Program-made: the position numbers and the translations under genes
Shown: piece by piece, positions 18,789 through 29,371 of the stretch
Layout: each line of letters starts with the position of its first letter
How positions within the stretch are numbered: position 1 is the first letter of the stretch
Source: a virus
IMG/VR virus record: IMGVR_UViG_3300031555_003603
Span: 1 to 64,000 of that record
DNA: 64,000 bases
Reading direction: 5' to 3' (one strand)
The notes under the pieces: model-generated
Database searches by the model: none
What the model was told of the DNA's origin: nothing
What the model saw: the letters and a program-made list of their open reading frames with translations, nothing else

Positions 18789-20688
18789 TAAAAAGAAATT
18801 ATATACAGAAGATAGTATTGAAAGCTTAAGCCCTCTTGAATTCACTCGATTAAGACCAGGCGTTTATGCTGGTGATACAACCTATTCTACTCAACTACTG
18901 ATAGAAATTTTATCTAATGCTATTGATGAATTCAATTTAGGACACGGAACAGAAATTAATGTTACTTTAAATAAAGATGTAGTTATCGTAGAAGACCATG
19001 GACAAGGTTTTATTGTAAATCATACAAGAGATGATGGAAAAACTATCCTAGAAGCAGCTTTTTCTGTTCTCAATACTTCTGGTAAATACCGTGAAGACGG
19101 AGCATACGAAGGAACCTCATTAGGTTCTTTTGGTATTGGTTCAAAAATTACAACTTTCCTATCTCATTATCTAGATGTTATCACATTTAGAGATAAACAA
19201 TTTGAGAGAATATATTTTAAAGAGGGCGTATTCAATAAACGAGAGGTTGGAAAACTAAATGATGATACAACTGGCACTATTGTCAAATGGCAACCAAGTG
19301 AAGAATTCTTTACCCATACCGAAGTTGAAATTGGTAAAGTAAAAGAACTTCTACAGACTATTGTTTGCCTATGCCCCGGTCTAACTATCAAGTTAGACAA
19401 TAATGGAGAAAAAACTGAATATTTTTCTCAAAATGGTCTCCGTGATTATGTGGACCAAAAGGTAAAGGATAAAGAAATTATTGATAATAGATTTTATTCC
19501 AAATTTAAGAATGGAAAAGAATCTATTGATTTTATTCTTACTTATACAACTGCTTATAATGGAACGATTATTCCTTATGTAAATACCGGTCTTACAGAGA
19601 AAGGTTCTCATATTACACTTATCAAGGCTCTTATTACGAAAGAATTTAATAAATTTTTCAGAGACCAGAAGTGGTTAAAAGAAAAAGATGAAAATCTAAC
19701 TGGCGAAGATATCGCAGAAGGTCAGTATATTGTATTTAATATTACCGCTTCTGGAGTCGCTTATGATGCACAGGTAAAAAGCAATATTACTAAAATTGAC
19801 ATGAAGCCTTTTATTAATGGTCTAACTGAGGATTTGCGTGTTTGGTTAGAAACTAATAAAAAGGAAATTAAAGATATTGCGGATAAAGCTATTAACGCTC
19901 GGAAAGCTCGTGAAGCAGCCAAGAAAGCAAAAGATGCAGCCCGTAACACATCAACTCAAGGTAAAAGTAAACTGCTTAGCTTACCAACCAAGCTGGTTGA
20001 CTCTTGGGGTAAAAATCGTTCTGAGTGTGAGTTATTGATATCAGAAGGTGATAGTGCGGCCGGCGGTCTAGTTGGTGCGAGAGACGGTGAGTTCCAGGCG
20101 GTATTTCCAGTACGAGGTAAAACTTTGAATTTATATAAGGCAGCAAGTGAAAAAATTTTTGCCAATCAAGAAATTGTAAACATTATCAAAGCCCTTGGCC
20201 TTGAGCTAGACCAAAAGACCAAAAAGCTTAATTATGATAAATCGAAATTGCGTTATGGAAAAATTATTTTATGTGCAGATGCTGACCCAGATGGACAAGC
20301 AATTAAAAACTTGCTTTTAACTTGTTTCTGGTCTTTGTGTCCAGAACTTGTTATCAACGGTCATATTTATGCTGCTATTCCGCCGCTATTTAGAATCACA
20401 ACAAAAAAGAATGAATATATTTATTTAAGAGATACCGCGGCCCTGGAAGAGTATAAAAAGACTCATATCGGAGAAAAGTATGTCGTAAATAGAAATAAGG
20501 GTTTAGGCGAACAAGACCCTCAAGAACTTGCTGAGTGTTTACTAAATCATAAGACACGAAATGTAGCTCAAATTACTGTAGAAGATGTAGAAAAAGCAAA
20601 TAACCTATTTGAAGTGTTTATGGGTCCTAACGCGTCTCTAAGAAAAGATTGGATTCTACAACACTCTGAGGAGGCTAATATAGAATGA
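18781..20688 (+). CDS. type II DNA topoisomerase large subunit (GyrB/ParE-like ATPase-TOPRIM; T4 gp39-like)
   Basis: GHKL ATPase N-terminus, TOPRIM EGDSAAG; no TAG codons. Confidence 0.75.
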   Translation: MADKKKLYTEDSIESLSPLEFTRLRPGVYAGDTTYSTQLLIEILSNAIDEFNLGHGTEINVTLNKDVVIVEDHGQGFIVNHTRDDGKTILEAAFSVLNTSGKYREDGAYEGTSLGSFGIGSKITTFLSHYLDVITFRDKQFERIYFKEGVFNKREVGKLNDDTTGTIVKWQPSEEFFTHTEVEIGKVKELLQTIVCLCPGLTIKLDNNGEKTEYFSQNGLRDYVDQKVKDKEIIDNRFYSKFKNGKESIDFILTYTTAYNGTIIPYVNTGLTEKGSHITLIKALITKEFNKFFRDQKWLKEKDENLTGEDIAEGQYIVFNITASGVAYDAQVKSNITKIDMKPFINGLTEDLRVWLETNKKEIKDIADKAINARKAREAAKKAKDAARNTSTQGKSKLLSLPTKLVDSWGKNRSECELLISEGDSAAGGLVGARDGEFQAVFPVRGKTLNLYKAASEKIFANQEIVNIIKALGLELDQKTKKLNYDKSKLRYGKIILCADADPDGQAIKNLLLTCFWSLCPELVINGHIYAAIPPLFRITTKKNEYIYLRDTAALEEYKKTHIGEKYVVNRNKGLGEQDPQELAECLLNHKTRNVAQITVEDVEKANNLFEVFMGPNASLRKDWILQHSEEANIE

Positions 20689-23033
20689 GTATAGATATTT
20701 GTAAAGAATTAAGTCAAAATTTTATTGATTTTGCCTATGAGGCAAATAGCCAAAGAGCTTTTCCCGACGCTAGGGATGGCTTGAAACCAGGCCAGCGTGC
20801 TTGTTTATGGGAGATGTTTGTAAAAGGATATGCTTCTAATAAACCCCATGTTAAAAGTGCTAAAATTGCCGGTGGAGTTGTTGGTACTTGGTGGCCACAT
20901 GGTGATGTAGCTATTTATGATACATTTACTCGTATGTCACAACCTTGGATTAATAATATACCAGAAGTCGATTGGCACGGTAATAATGGCAATATTGTAA
21001 GTGGCCCTGAGGGTGCTGCACAGCGATATACCGAGGCAAGATTATCTAAGTCTATTGAAGAGGGAATGTTTCATGCAGTAAAGAAAAATACTGTTCCAAT
21101 GATTCAGAACTTCTCTGAGGATGACGAATGGCCCGAAGTTTTACCGGCTTTGATGCCTCGTCTATTAGTAAATGGTTCTCAGGGCATTGGTGTCGCAGTA
21201 GCTCAAGTGTGGTGTCCATACAACTTGCGTGAAGTAGTAGATGTAATTGATAATTATATTTCTACCGGTACACTAAGTAGTGATACTCTATATCCAGACT
21301 TCCCTTCTGGTGGTGTCATTATTAACCAAAAGGATTTGTCAGTAATTCATAAGACTGGTAAGGGTAAAATTATATTACGCGGCAAGGCTGATATTACTGG
21401 TAACATAATTAAAATTACTGCTCTTCCATATCAAACTTATGTAGAACCTTTTATTAATAGTATAAAAACATTAGTCGAAAAACAAGAGCTCACTGGTATT
21501 AAAGATGTTTATAATAAAACAGATTTAAAAACTGGATTATTGATTGAAATTGACTGTGAAACCAGTCCTTTAACAGTTCTAAATAAACTGTATCAAATGA
21601 CAGATTTACAAAAAACTTATAATCCAAATCAGACTGCTTTAGTGGGTAAGACTCCTCAATTACTAACACTTAAGCAATATCTTGATATTTATATTAACCA
21701 TAATATTGAGTGTATAAAAAAAGAGTTTAGCTTTGATTTAGAAAAAGCTCAAATTAAACTAGAAATAGCAGAAGGTTTATTCAAGGCCCTTGAAGATATT
21801 GATAATATCATTGCTGTGATTAAAGCTTCTGAAAGCTCTATTAAAGCAAAAGAAGCTTTAATGGTTAAATATAATTTTACAGAACGTCAAGCCAAAGCAA
21901 TCATTGATATGAAGCTTGGTAAGTTAGCTCACCTTGAAGCCATTGAAATTGAGAAAGAACTAGAGGAACAACAGGCAATCGTTGACCATTGTAATTTTAT
22001 TTTAGCCACAACTGAGAATCAGCAGCGTGAATTTTTAAACCGATTGAAGGGTTTTGCTCAAAAGTATGGTCATCCTCGTCGCACAGAAGTTCTCCAAATT
22101 ACAATTGCTAAAGAAGAAAAAGAAATTGAATTTGTTGAGCCTGAAAAGTGCGTTGTAGTGCTAACAGAGGCCGGTACTATCAAGCGCATTCCTACAACCT
22201 CCTTCCGCGCCCAAAAGCGTAATGGTAAAGGTATTAAGACCCAAGAGGATATTACAAGTATGGTGCTTCGTACTAATACAATTGACAATCTTATGATTTT
22301 TAGTAATAAGGGTCAAATGTATAGGTTGCTTGTAAATGATATTCCTGTTGGTACCAATACGACAAAAGGCGTTCCTGTAAAAGCTCTTGTTTCAATGGAA
22401 CAAGATGAAGAACCAGCTACTATGTATTCCATTTATAGAGATACAGAAGCAAAATATGTATTATTTGTCACTAAAAAAGGTATAGTAAAGAAAACCACCC
22501 TTGAAGAATATACTAACACTAAAAAGAAAAATGGTATTGGAGCTATTGTTCTACGCGAGGGTGATAGTTTAGCTGCTGTTTCCTTGGTAAAAGATGAACC
22601 GCTAATTATTGTAAGTAAGCAAGGCTATGTAATTAGATTTGACTCAATGGAAATTGGTTCAACATCTCGTATGACTACTGGCGTTAAAGGAATTAATCTT
22701 GGAGCAGATGATGAAGTTGTTGCGGCCTTACCCGTTCGGAATAAAGAAGATGCTTTGGCACTCTTCTCTGAAACTGGTTTAGCAAAGAAAATTCTTCCAA
22801 AAGAAGTAGTAGCTCAGAAACGTGGCGGTAAAGGTTTGATTTGTTATAAACCTACCGAGGCGTCCGGTTTGGTCGCTGGTGCAGCTATGGTAAGTGATGA
22901 AGATAATATTTTGATTGTAAGTAATAAATCTTCCATTTGTATTGCGGCTACCGATATTCCTGCCCTTGGCAGAGCAAGCATTGGTAATCAAATGATAAAG
23001 AATGGAAAAGTTTCTACTATTAGTAAAGTATAA
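20685..23033 (+). CDS. type II DNA topoisomerase GyrA-like subunit (T4 gp52-like)
   Basis: RAFPDARDGLKPGQRACLW breakage-reunion signature; ATGA overlap with upstream subunit; no TAG. Confidence 0.75.
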   Translation: MSIDICKELSQNFIDFAYEANSQRAFPDARDGLKPGQRACLWEMFVKGYASNKPHVKSAKIAGGVVGTWWPHGDVAIYDTFTRMSQPWINNIPEVDWHGNNGNIVSGPEGAAQRYTEARLSKSIEEGMFHAVKKNTVPMIQNFSEDDEWPEVLPALMPRLLVNGSQGIGVAVAQVWCPYNLREVVDVIDNYISTGTLSSDTLYPDFPSGGVIINQKDLSVIHKTGKGKIILRGKADITGNIIKITALPYQTYVEPFINSIKTLVEKQELTGIKDVYNKTDLKTGLLIEIDCETSPLTVLNKLYQMTDLQKTYNPNQTALVGKTPQLLTLKQYLDIYINHNIECIKKEFSFDLEKAQIKLEIAEGLFKALEDIDNIIAVIKASESSIKAKEALMVKYNFTERQAKAIIDMKLGKLAHLEAIEIEKELEEQQAIVDHCNFILATTENQQREFLNRLKGFAQKYGHPRRTEVLQITIAKEEKEIEFVEPEKCVVVLTEAGTIKRIPTTSFRAQKRNGKGIKTQEDITSMVLRTNTIDNLMIFSNKGQMYRLLVNDIPVGTNTTKGVPVKALVSMEQDEEPATMYSIYRDTEAKYVLFVTKKGIVKKTTLEEYTNTKKKNGIGAIVLREGDSLAAVSLVKDEPLIIVSKQGYVIRFDSMEIGSTSRMTTGVKGINLGADDEVVAALPVRNKEDALALFSETGLAKKILPKEVVAQKRGGKGLICYKPTEASGLVAGAAMVSDEDNILIVSNKSSICIAATDIPALGRASIGNQMIKNGKVSTISKV

Positions 23034-23037
23034 AAAT

Positions 23038-23064
23038 AAGGAGGTTTTATACCTCCTTATTTTG
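23038..23064 (+). terminator. rho-independent terminator
   Basis: aaggaggt-tttat-acctcctt + ATTTTG. Confidence 0.6.
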
Positions 23065-23092
23065 CTATTCTGAAAAAAATTTGATATAATAT
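23064..23092 (+). promoter_or_regulatory. sigma70-like promoter (TTGCTA-N17-TGATATAAT)
   Basis: Motif instance. Confidence 0.5.
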
Positions 23093-23122
23093 TTATGAAA
23101 TAAAAGAAGGTGAAAAAATTAT

Positions 23123-25123
23123 ATGACTAATTATGAAATCCTAATCGACGAACTAAATAAAGCAACCGAGGCGTATGACCAAGGAAAACCATATATGTCT
23201 GACCACGAATGGGATGCAAGATATTATCATCTTGTTGCTATTGAAAAAGAACAGGGATGGGCTGCGCCCAATAGTCCGACCCAGCAGATTCATTATAAAG
23301 TAGTAAATGAGTTGGCCAAGGTACAACATAATCATCCTATGCTATCCCTTGACAAGACTAAAAGTATTGAAGAACTAAATGAATTTTGCGGCAATCGAAC
23401 TGCCTTCCTATCTTTAAAACTTGATGGTTTAACTTGTTCCCTTTATTATGCGAATGGCCGCCTACAACGAGCAGAAACTCGTGGAAACGGATTAATTGGC
23501 GAAGATATTACTCATAATGCTATGGTTATTCCTTCAATTCCTAAAAGAATTGAATATAAGGAAGAGCTTGTCATTGATGGTGAAATTATTTGCCTCGACA
23601 AAGATTTTGAGCCATTTTCTGAAGAATATGCCAATTCGCGTAATTTTGCGGCAGGTAGTATTCGTCTTTTAGATTCTAGAGAGTGTGCAAAACGCAATCT
23701 TACTTTTGTTGTTTGGGAAATGGTAAAAGGTTATGCGGAAGAACACAGTGCCATTAAGAGGCTTCAGCAATTACAAAAATTGAATTTTCATATTGTTCCT
23801 TTTGAAGTAATTGATAGTAATTGGTGGGAAAAATCAATTGAAAATGCTAAATTAGATATCAAGAGGGAAGAAATCAATCAACAACTTATAGATAGTTTAA
23901 AACTAATGGCAAAAGTTGGTGGTTATCCAATTGATGGATTGGTTGTTAAATATGATGATATTAATTATGGTGCTTCGCTTGGGGCAACAGCTCATCATAG
24001 ACGCGATGGTTTGGCTTATAAATTTTTCAATGAATCAGTTGAAACAACTCTTCGAGATATTGAATGGTCTATGGGACGCACCGGTAAGCTTACCCCAGTT
24101 GCTATTTTCGATGAAATTGAATTAGAAGGCACGAAAGTAAGTAGGGCCAATCTTCATAATTTATCTATTATGTGGGAAACTTTACAATGTGAACGTAATA
24201 TAGTGACTTTAACACCCATTACTCCTCAAACTGTATTTGTGTATAAAGCTAATCAAATTATTCCACAAATAGAACGCAGCGAACCAACAGAGTTAGGAAT
24301 GTATAATTTTATTAAGCTACCTGTTCGTTGTCCTTGTTGCGGCGAGCCCACTATCGCAGTGGTAGAAAATAATATTTCAAATCTTTGGTGTAAAAATTCA
24401 CTGTGCTCTGGTAAATTAGTCAATAAGCTAGACCATTTCTGCGGTAAAAAAGGCCTTGACATAAAAGGACTTTCTGTTGCTACATTAGAAAAGCTTATTG
24501 ATTGGGGTTGGGTAAATTGTTTTGCTGATATTTTCAAACTTGAAGAACACGCTATTGAATGGTATGAAAAACCTGGTTTTGGTCAAAAATCAGTAGAAAA
24601 ACTACTTGACGCCATTAACCAAGCAAAATACAACTCTACTCACGAATCTTTTATTTCTGCTATTGGAATTCCTTTGATTGGAAGAACAATGGTAAAAGAG
24701 CTTATGAAAAATGGTTTGGAGTCTTATGACCAATTACGAATTTGGGTGGCTGAAAAACGCGACCTATCTGAAATAAATGGTTTTGGTTATGAAAAAAGCT
24801 ATTTTATTTTATCTTTTGATTACCAAGAGGCGGATGAGGCAAGAGAGCTAATGTCTCTTATTACTCCAGAGCCAGAAGAGAAAAAGGAGAACACTCTTGA
24901 AGGAAAGTCTATTGTTATTACAGGAACTTTAAAATCTTTCAAAAATAGAACAGAACTTCAAAGAGTAATAGAGGCGGCCGGCGGCAAGGTCGTAGGCTCG
25001 GTAAGTAAGAATACTTCTTATCTTATCAACAATGATATTGAATCAACGAGTGCTAAAAACCAAACAGCAAAACGTTTAGGTGTGCCGATTATTACAGAAG
25101 AAAATTTTTTGAAAATAATTTGA
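23123..25123 (+). CDS. ligA: NAD-dependent DNA ligase
   Basis: KLDG adenylation motif (SLKLDGLT), OB/zinc finger/HhH/BRCT order; no TAG. Confidence 0.8.
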   Translation: MTNYEILIDELNKATEAYDQGKPYMSDHEWDARYYHLVAIEKEQGWAAPNSPTQQIHYKVVNELAKVQHNHPMLSLDKTKSIEELNEFCGNRTAFLSLKLDGLTCSLYYANGRLQRAETRGNGLIGEDITHNAMVIPSIPKRIEYKEELVIDGEIICLDKDFEPFSEEYANSRNFAAGSIRLLDSRECAKRNLTFVVWEMVKGYAEEHSAIKRLQQLQKLNFHIVPFEVIDSNWWEKSIENAKLDIKREEINQQLIDSLKLMAKVGGYPIDGLVVKYDDINYGASLGATAHHRRDGLAYKFFNESVETTLRDIEWSMGRTGKLTPVAIFDEIELEGTKVSRANLHNLSIMWETLQCERNIVTLTPITPQTVFVYKANQIIPQIERSEPTELGMYNFIKLPVRCPCCGEPTIAVVENNISNLWCKNSLCSGKLVNKLDHFCGKKGLDIKGLSVATLEKLIDWGWVNCFADIFKLEEHAIEWYEKPGFGQKSVEKLLDAINQAKYNSTHESFISAIGIPLIGRTMVKELMKNGLESYDQLRIWVAEKRDLSEINGFGYEKSYFILSFDYQEADEARELMSLITPEPEEKKENTLEGKSIVITGTLKSFKNRTELQRVIEAAGGKVVGSVSKNTSYLINNDIESTSAKNQTAKRLGVPIITEENFLKII

Positions 25124-25148
25124 CTTTTTGAAAAATTTTCTATATAAT
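25119..25148 (+). promoter_or_regulatory. sigma70-like promoter (TTGACT ... TATAAT)
   Basis: Motif instance. Confidence 0.5.
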
Positions 25149-25179
25149 ATATTCGTAAAGTTAAGGATGAAAATTTTTT

Positions 25180-25374
25180 ATGAAGCAGAAAGAACTCAAA
25201 AACTTGGCGAAGAAAATTGCCAAATATGAGTTGATTATCCAGAAGGGCGAAGATAAAAAGGCCGTAGCTGACGCAGAGGCATAGATTATAAAACTTTCTG
25301 GTTGCGTCGATAAGATTGAAGATATGGTCATTATTGACGAATTAGTGCAAGAGTATATTGAAGAACTTTCTTGA
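25180..25374 (+). CDS. hypothetical coiled-coil protein (1 TAG at 25282)
   Basis: AAGGATG RBS; stop TGA overlaps -35 of next promoter. Confidence 0.45.
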
Positions 25375-25399
25375 CAAAAGAAAAATTTTTTGATATAAT
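25371..25399 (+). promoter_or_regulatory. strong sigma70-like promoter (TTGACA-N17-TGATATAAT)
   Basis: Near-consensus -35, extended -10. Confidence 0.65.
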
Positions 25400-25466
25400 T
25401 TTTACATAAGCTAAAAGCTTAAAATGAAAAAACAAAAATTATTTATTTTAAAGGAGAAAAAACAAA

Positions 25467-25949
25467 ATGGCAATGAGTGAAAATTCTGTAAAGATTCTAA
25501 ATTATTTGAAGGAGAACCATGGTAAGAACATGACCAGCGCTGATGTTGCTGAGGCTCTTGACCTGGCTAAGGCCACTGTTAATGGCGCATTTACCGCTAT
25601 GCAGAAGAAGGGTCTGGGCGCTCGCGTAGACGCTGAAATTCCTGGCGCAGTTGATGTATCTTTCTTGACTGTTACCGATGATGGTCGCGCTGCTGATATC
25701 AGCGAGATGGGCGAGACTGTTAACAAGATTATCACCTATCTTTCCAACACTACCGACCATGTTACTTTGGACGACCTGGCTACTGCCATCGGTGTTGAAA
25801 AGCGTAGCGTAAATGGTTCTTTCAATGCTCTTGTAAAGAAGGGTCTATGCGCTCGTACCGCTGCTAAGGTTGAGGCTATGGTTCCTGTTAAGTATTTGGT
25901 TCTGACCGATGCTGGCATGGCTTTTGACCCCGCTGCTGACGCTGAATAA
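25467..25949 (+). CDS. tandem winged-helix DNA-binding protein (two internal repeats), high-GC biased codon usage
   Basis: Repeats VKILNYLKENHGKNMTSADVAEALDLAKATVNGAFTAMQKKGLGAR / NKIITYLSNTTDHVTLDDLATAIGVEKRSVNGSFNALVKKGLCAR. Confidence 0.5.
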   Translation: MAMSENSVKILNYLKENHGKNMTSADVAEALDLAKATVNGAFTAMQKKGLGARVDAEIPGAVDVSFLTVTDDGRAADISEMGETVNKIITYLSNTTDHVTLDDLATAIGVEKRSVNGSFNALVKKGLCARTAAKVEAMVPVKYLVLTDAGMAFDPAADAE

Positions 25950-25967
25950 TTTACTATAAATAACCTT

Positions 25968-26004
25968 ATAAGGGGTAAATAAAAATTTACCCCTTATTTT
26001 TTCT
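25968..26004 (+). terminator. rho-independent terminator
   Basis: ataaggggtaaat-aaaaa-atttaccccttat + TTTTTT. Confidence 0.75.
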
Positions 26005-26011
26005 AACTTTT

Positions 26012-27097
26012 ATGCTGGAACTAATAATCGCGTTAATTCTCGGTTTAGCCATTGGCTTTGGCATTGGTTGGCTAATTATGCGCAAACTTCCACAAGATAA
26101 AATCCGAGAAATAAACTATGAACGATTACGTGAAGAATAGGCGATGTTTGAGCATCGCAAGCGAGAAGAAGAAAAAGAGATTGAAGAGATTCTGAATAAA
26201 AGAGTAGAAGCTTATAAAGATTATGAAAATACTCGCAGAGATTGCGATGAAATAAATCGTCGCATTTCTTTATTGACTGCTCAAAAAGATGTATTATCTA
26301 ATGATGTGACTCATTTAGCAAATTAGCGTGAGGATATTTCTCGTAGCTTAGAGCAATCGCGCAAAGATGCAGAAAATACTGCGAAAACTTTCCTAAAACA
26401 ACAAATGGAACTTGTCCAAGAGCAACTTGATAAGTCCTTAGAAGTAATTGCTGCAAAATATCAAGAGGATGAAAATGCTTGTAAAGAACATTATCTCCAA
26501 ATGGCCAAAGAATGTGCAGAAGACTTCCAAGTTGAAATGAATAATCTAACTCATGATTATACAATTTTACAGCAAGCTTTTAGTGAGTTAAAACTGAATG
26601 TTGATACTGCTGTGGCAGCTTCCAAGAGGGAAGAAGAAATACGACAGGAAAAGAATTTCTATCGTTTAGTTCTTCCAGAAAGCGACCTTAATGAAATCGC
26701 GCAATTGCGTGCTGTTGAACCTTATTTACGAGATAAAGAAGCTCTAAACAAGGTTATTTGGAAAGTTTATTATGAAAAACCCTACACCGATATGATTGGT
26801 CGAGTTGTGGGTCAAAAAGTCAAGACTGGTATTTATAAAATTACTAATATTGAAAATCAAATGTGCTATGTAGGATAGGCTGCCGATATAGCGAGTCGGT
26901 GGAAATAGCATATTAAACGTGGACTAGGCGCGGAACCGCCTACACGCAATAAACTATATCCAGTTATGTAGTCTGTTGGAGTAGAAAATTTTACTTTTGA
27001 AATTATTGAAGAATGTGACAGAGATAGATTAGATGCACAAGAAGATTATTGGCAAGAATATTTTCATGCCAAAGATTTTGGTTATAGTATAAAATAA
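26012..27097 (+). CDS. GIY-YIG nuclease-domain protein with N-terminal TM helix and coiled coil; 5 in-frame TAG
   Basis: ORF-track 26144..26326 and 26405..26878 plus unlisted tail share one frame; C-terminal GIYKITNIENQMCYVGQAADIASRWKQH...E..YW GIY-YIG signature. Confidence 0.5.
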
Positions 27098-27113
27098 GAG
27101 GTTTATAGATATA

Positions 27114-27338
27114 ATGTTATACACTATAATTGGATTTTTAATTCCCACTGAAAATGAATATAAAGCCAATTCACTAATTATAGATATTGGAAATACTTTA
27201 TTGGATAAAGGTATAATACAAGATACAACTCCAACTATAACAGCTGCCCAAGAGGTACATGATATTGATGATTTGGGTCAAAATTTGGTAAAATTTTTGG
27301 AGGATTATTATAACAATGATATTAACAAAAGCAGATAA
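27114..27338 (+). CDS. hypothetical protein
   Basis: ORF. Confidence 0.4.
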   Translation: MLYTIIGFLIPTENEYKANSLIIDIGNTLLDKGIIQDTTPTITAAQEVHDIDDLGQNLVKFLEDYYNNDINKSR

Positions 27339-28170
27339 ATATATGGTTGAAATGATACACCGCATTCAAGAGCAAGGATATAAAGATATTAATCCGCGTC
27401 CCAAATACGCAGATGGAACTCCAGCACATACCATTTCAGTAAATCATACTTTTAGAACTTATGACTTAAGTAAGGGTGAGTTTCCTATTTGCACCCTACG
27501 CCCAATTGCTTGGAAGACCGGTATACGAGAAATTTTTACCATTTATCAAAAGCCTACAAATAACATTGCTGAAATGCATAATATGGGTGTTACTTGGTGG
27601 GATGAATGGGATATTGGTGATGGAACAATTGGTCAGCGCTATGGCGCCACAGTAAGCCGCTATGACCTTATCAATAATCTTATCAAAGATATTGAGAATG
27701 ACCCATATGGTCGTCGCAAAATTGTATCATTATGGCAAGAACAAGATTTACATGAGACGCCTGGACTTGCTCCTTGTGCGTTTCTTACTATTTGGAATGT
27801 ACGTGGCGAGTATCTTGATATGATGTTAGTCCAACGTAGTGGCGATATGCTTACTGCGTCTGGTCCCGGTGGCATTAATGAAGTTCAATATGCGGCTTTG
27901 CTTATGATGATTGCCGCCCATACTGGTTATAAACCTGGTGTATTTAGTCATGTAGTTGCTAATGAGCAGATTTATGACCGTCATTTTGACGCTGCTGATG
28001 AAATGCTAGTTCGTGCCGCAATTCCTTGGGAACAGGATACCCTTTATGGTATTCCTTGTTTATATATCAAAGAAGATGTGAATAATTTCTATGATATGAC
28101 TATTGATGATTTTGTAATGACAAATTACAATCCTATAAAACCACAATTGAAATTGGAGTTAGGTATATGA
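27316..28170 (+). CDS. thyA: thymidylate-synthase-family enzyme (ThyA-like; dUMP methylase or hydroxymethylase)
   Basis: TS fold motifs incl. catalytic Cys in LAPCAF and QRSGDM...GINEVQY (Asn at dUMP-specificity position); His after catalytic Cys replaced by Ala. Confidence 0.65.
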   Translation: MILTKADKYMVEMIHRIQEQGYKDINPRPKYADGTPAHTISVNHTFRTYDLSKGEFPICTLRPIAWKTGIREIFTIYQKPTNNIAEMHNMGVTWWDEWDIGDGTIGQRYGATVSRYDLINNLIKDIENDPYGRRKIVSLWQEQDLHETPGLAPCAFLTIWNVRGEYLDMMLVQRSGDMLTASGPGGINEVQYAALLMMIAAHTGYKPGVFSHVVANEQIYDRHFDAADEMLVRAAIPWEQDTLYGIPCLYIKEDVNNFYDMTIDDFVMTNYNPIKPQLKLELGI

Positions 28171-28409
28171 AAGATATTGTAATTCAACCAGAAATAAAAA
28201 TGGAACTTCGTCAATGTGTTTGTGGTAAATACCCGCATTTTGTTCGACCTAATCCTTATTATTCTGATATGTGGTTAGAGTGTGAATGTGGCCGCTATAC
28301 CGAAAATACTGGCGGTTTTCTCTATGGTCGTGAAATCTTAGAAAACGAAGCTCGTATCGCCGCAATTACACTTTGGAATAAAGAAAAAATTATGGAGAAA
28401 TATGCATGA
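28167..28409 (+). CDS. zinc-ribbon protein
   Basis: CVCGK...CECGR. Confidence 0.4.
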   Translation: MKDIVIQPEIKMELRQCVCGKYPHFVRPNPYYSDMWLECECGRYTENTGGFLYGREILENEARIAAITLWNKEKIMEKYA

Positions 28410-28936
28410 TTGCTGCTATTGTTGCTATTGATAATAATTGGGGAATTGGTTACGATGGTGAGCTCCTGGAACAAATTCCAGAAGATATGAAACATTTTAG
28501 AGAACTAACTGAAAATAATATTGTTATTATGGGTAGAAAAACTTGGGATAGTTTGCCTACTCAACCTCTTCCTAATAGAGATAATCTTATTATTAGTTCA
28601 AAATTACATCTTGATTATAATAAATATCAAGATTACGCAGTTGGGACTCAAAATATGGAAAATACAAAGTTTATTCTATCAATGTTGAAGCATAATTATG
28701 CGATACAAAGCAATAATAAAGATATCTTCATAATTGGCGGAGGTTCAATTTACGAACAATTACTCCCCTTTTGCGATACTTTATATCTAACCCATATAGG
28801 TAAAGACCATAAAAATGTAGATACTTATTTCCCTCGTATTGATAAAGACCCTAAATGGGAAATTGATACCTGTACGGAATTGCGAGAGTCTATTACTGGT
28901 ATTCCTTATGCTTTCCTTATTTACAAGAGAGTATAA
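28406..28936 (+). CDS. folA: dihydrofolate reductase
   Basis: MIAAIVAIDNNWGIG...MGRKTWDSLP...IIGGGSIYEQLL. Confidence 0.75.
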   Translation: MIAAIVAIDNNWGIGYDGELLEQIPEDMKHFRELTENNIVIMGRKTWDSLPTQPLPNRDNLIISSKLHLDYNKYQDYAVGTQNMENTKFILSMLKHNYAIQSNNKDIFIIGGGSIYEQLLPFCDTLYLTHIGKDHKNVDTYFPRIDKDPKWEIDTCTELRESITGIPYAFLIYKRV

Positions 28937-28965
28937 TTGACTTTATAAACTAATTTTGTTATAAT
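28937..28965 (+). promoter_or_regulatory. sigma70-like promoter (TTGACT-N17-TATAAT)
   Basis: Motif instance. Confidence 0.55.
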
Positions 28966-29003
28966 ATTTATACAAGATAAAAATTGAAAGTGAGATAATA
29001 AAA

Positions 29004-29357
29004 TTGAAACAAGAATTTATTGATTTTTTGAACGCTCTAATGAATGCTGCGCCCGATGTGGCAAAAGAAAAAATGACCCCAAATATCCAAGCGTATATTG
29101 ACACAATTTTAGATACCAAGAATGACAAGCCTGTCCTAACCGATAATGGTAAACAAATTCTTGTATATATGCGAGAACATCTTGATACGCCTATGATGAA
29201 AGCTCGTGATGTTGCAGAAGGATTGTTTATTTCTTCTCGTGGCGTTTCCGGTGCTTTTAGAAAACTTGTATCTGATGGTTTTTGCGAAAAGATGGGAGAA
29301 TCTCCCGTTATTTACTCTTTAACCGAAAAAGGTAAAAATTTTGTAATTGAAGAATAA
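29004..29357 (+). CDS. winged-helix DNA-binding protein (paralog of 25467/4264)
   Basis: TTG start; ...MKARDVAEGLFISSRGVSGAFRKLVSDGFCEK. Confidence 0.45.
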   Translation: MKQEFIDFLNALMNAAPDVAKEKMTPNIQAYIDTILDTKNDKPVLTDNGKQILVYMREHLDTPMMKARDVAEGLFISSRGVSGAFRKLVSDGFCEKMGESPVIYSLTEKGKNFVIEE

Positions 29358-29371
29358 GGAGAAAAAAGAAA

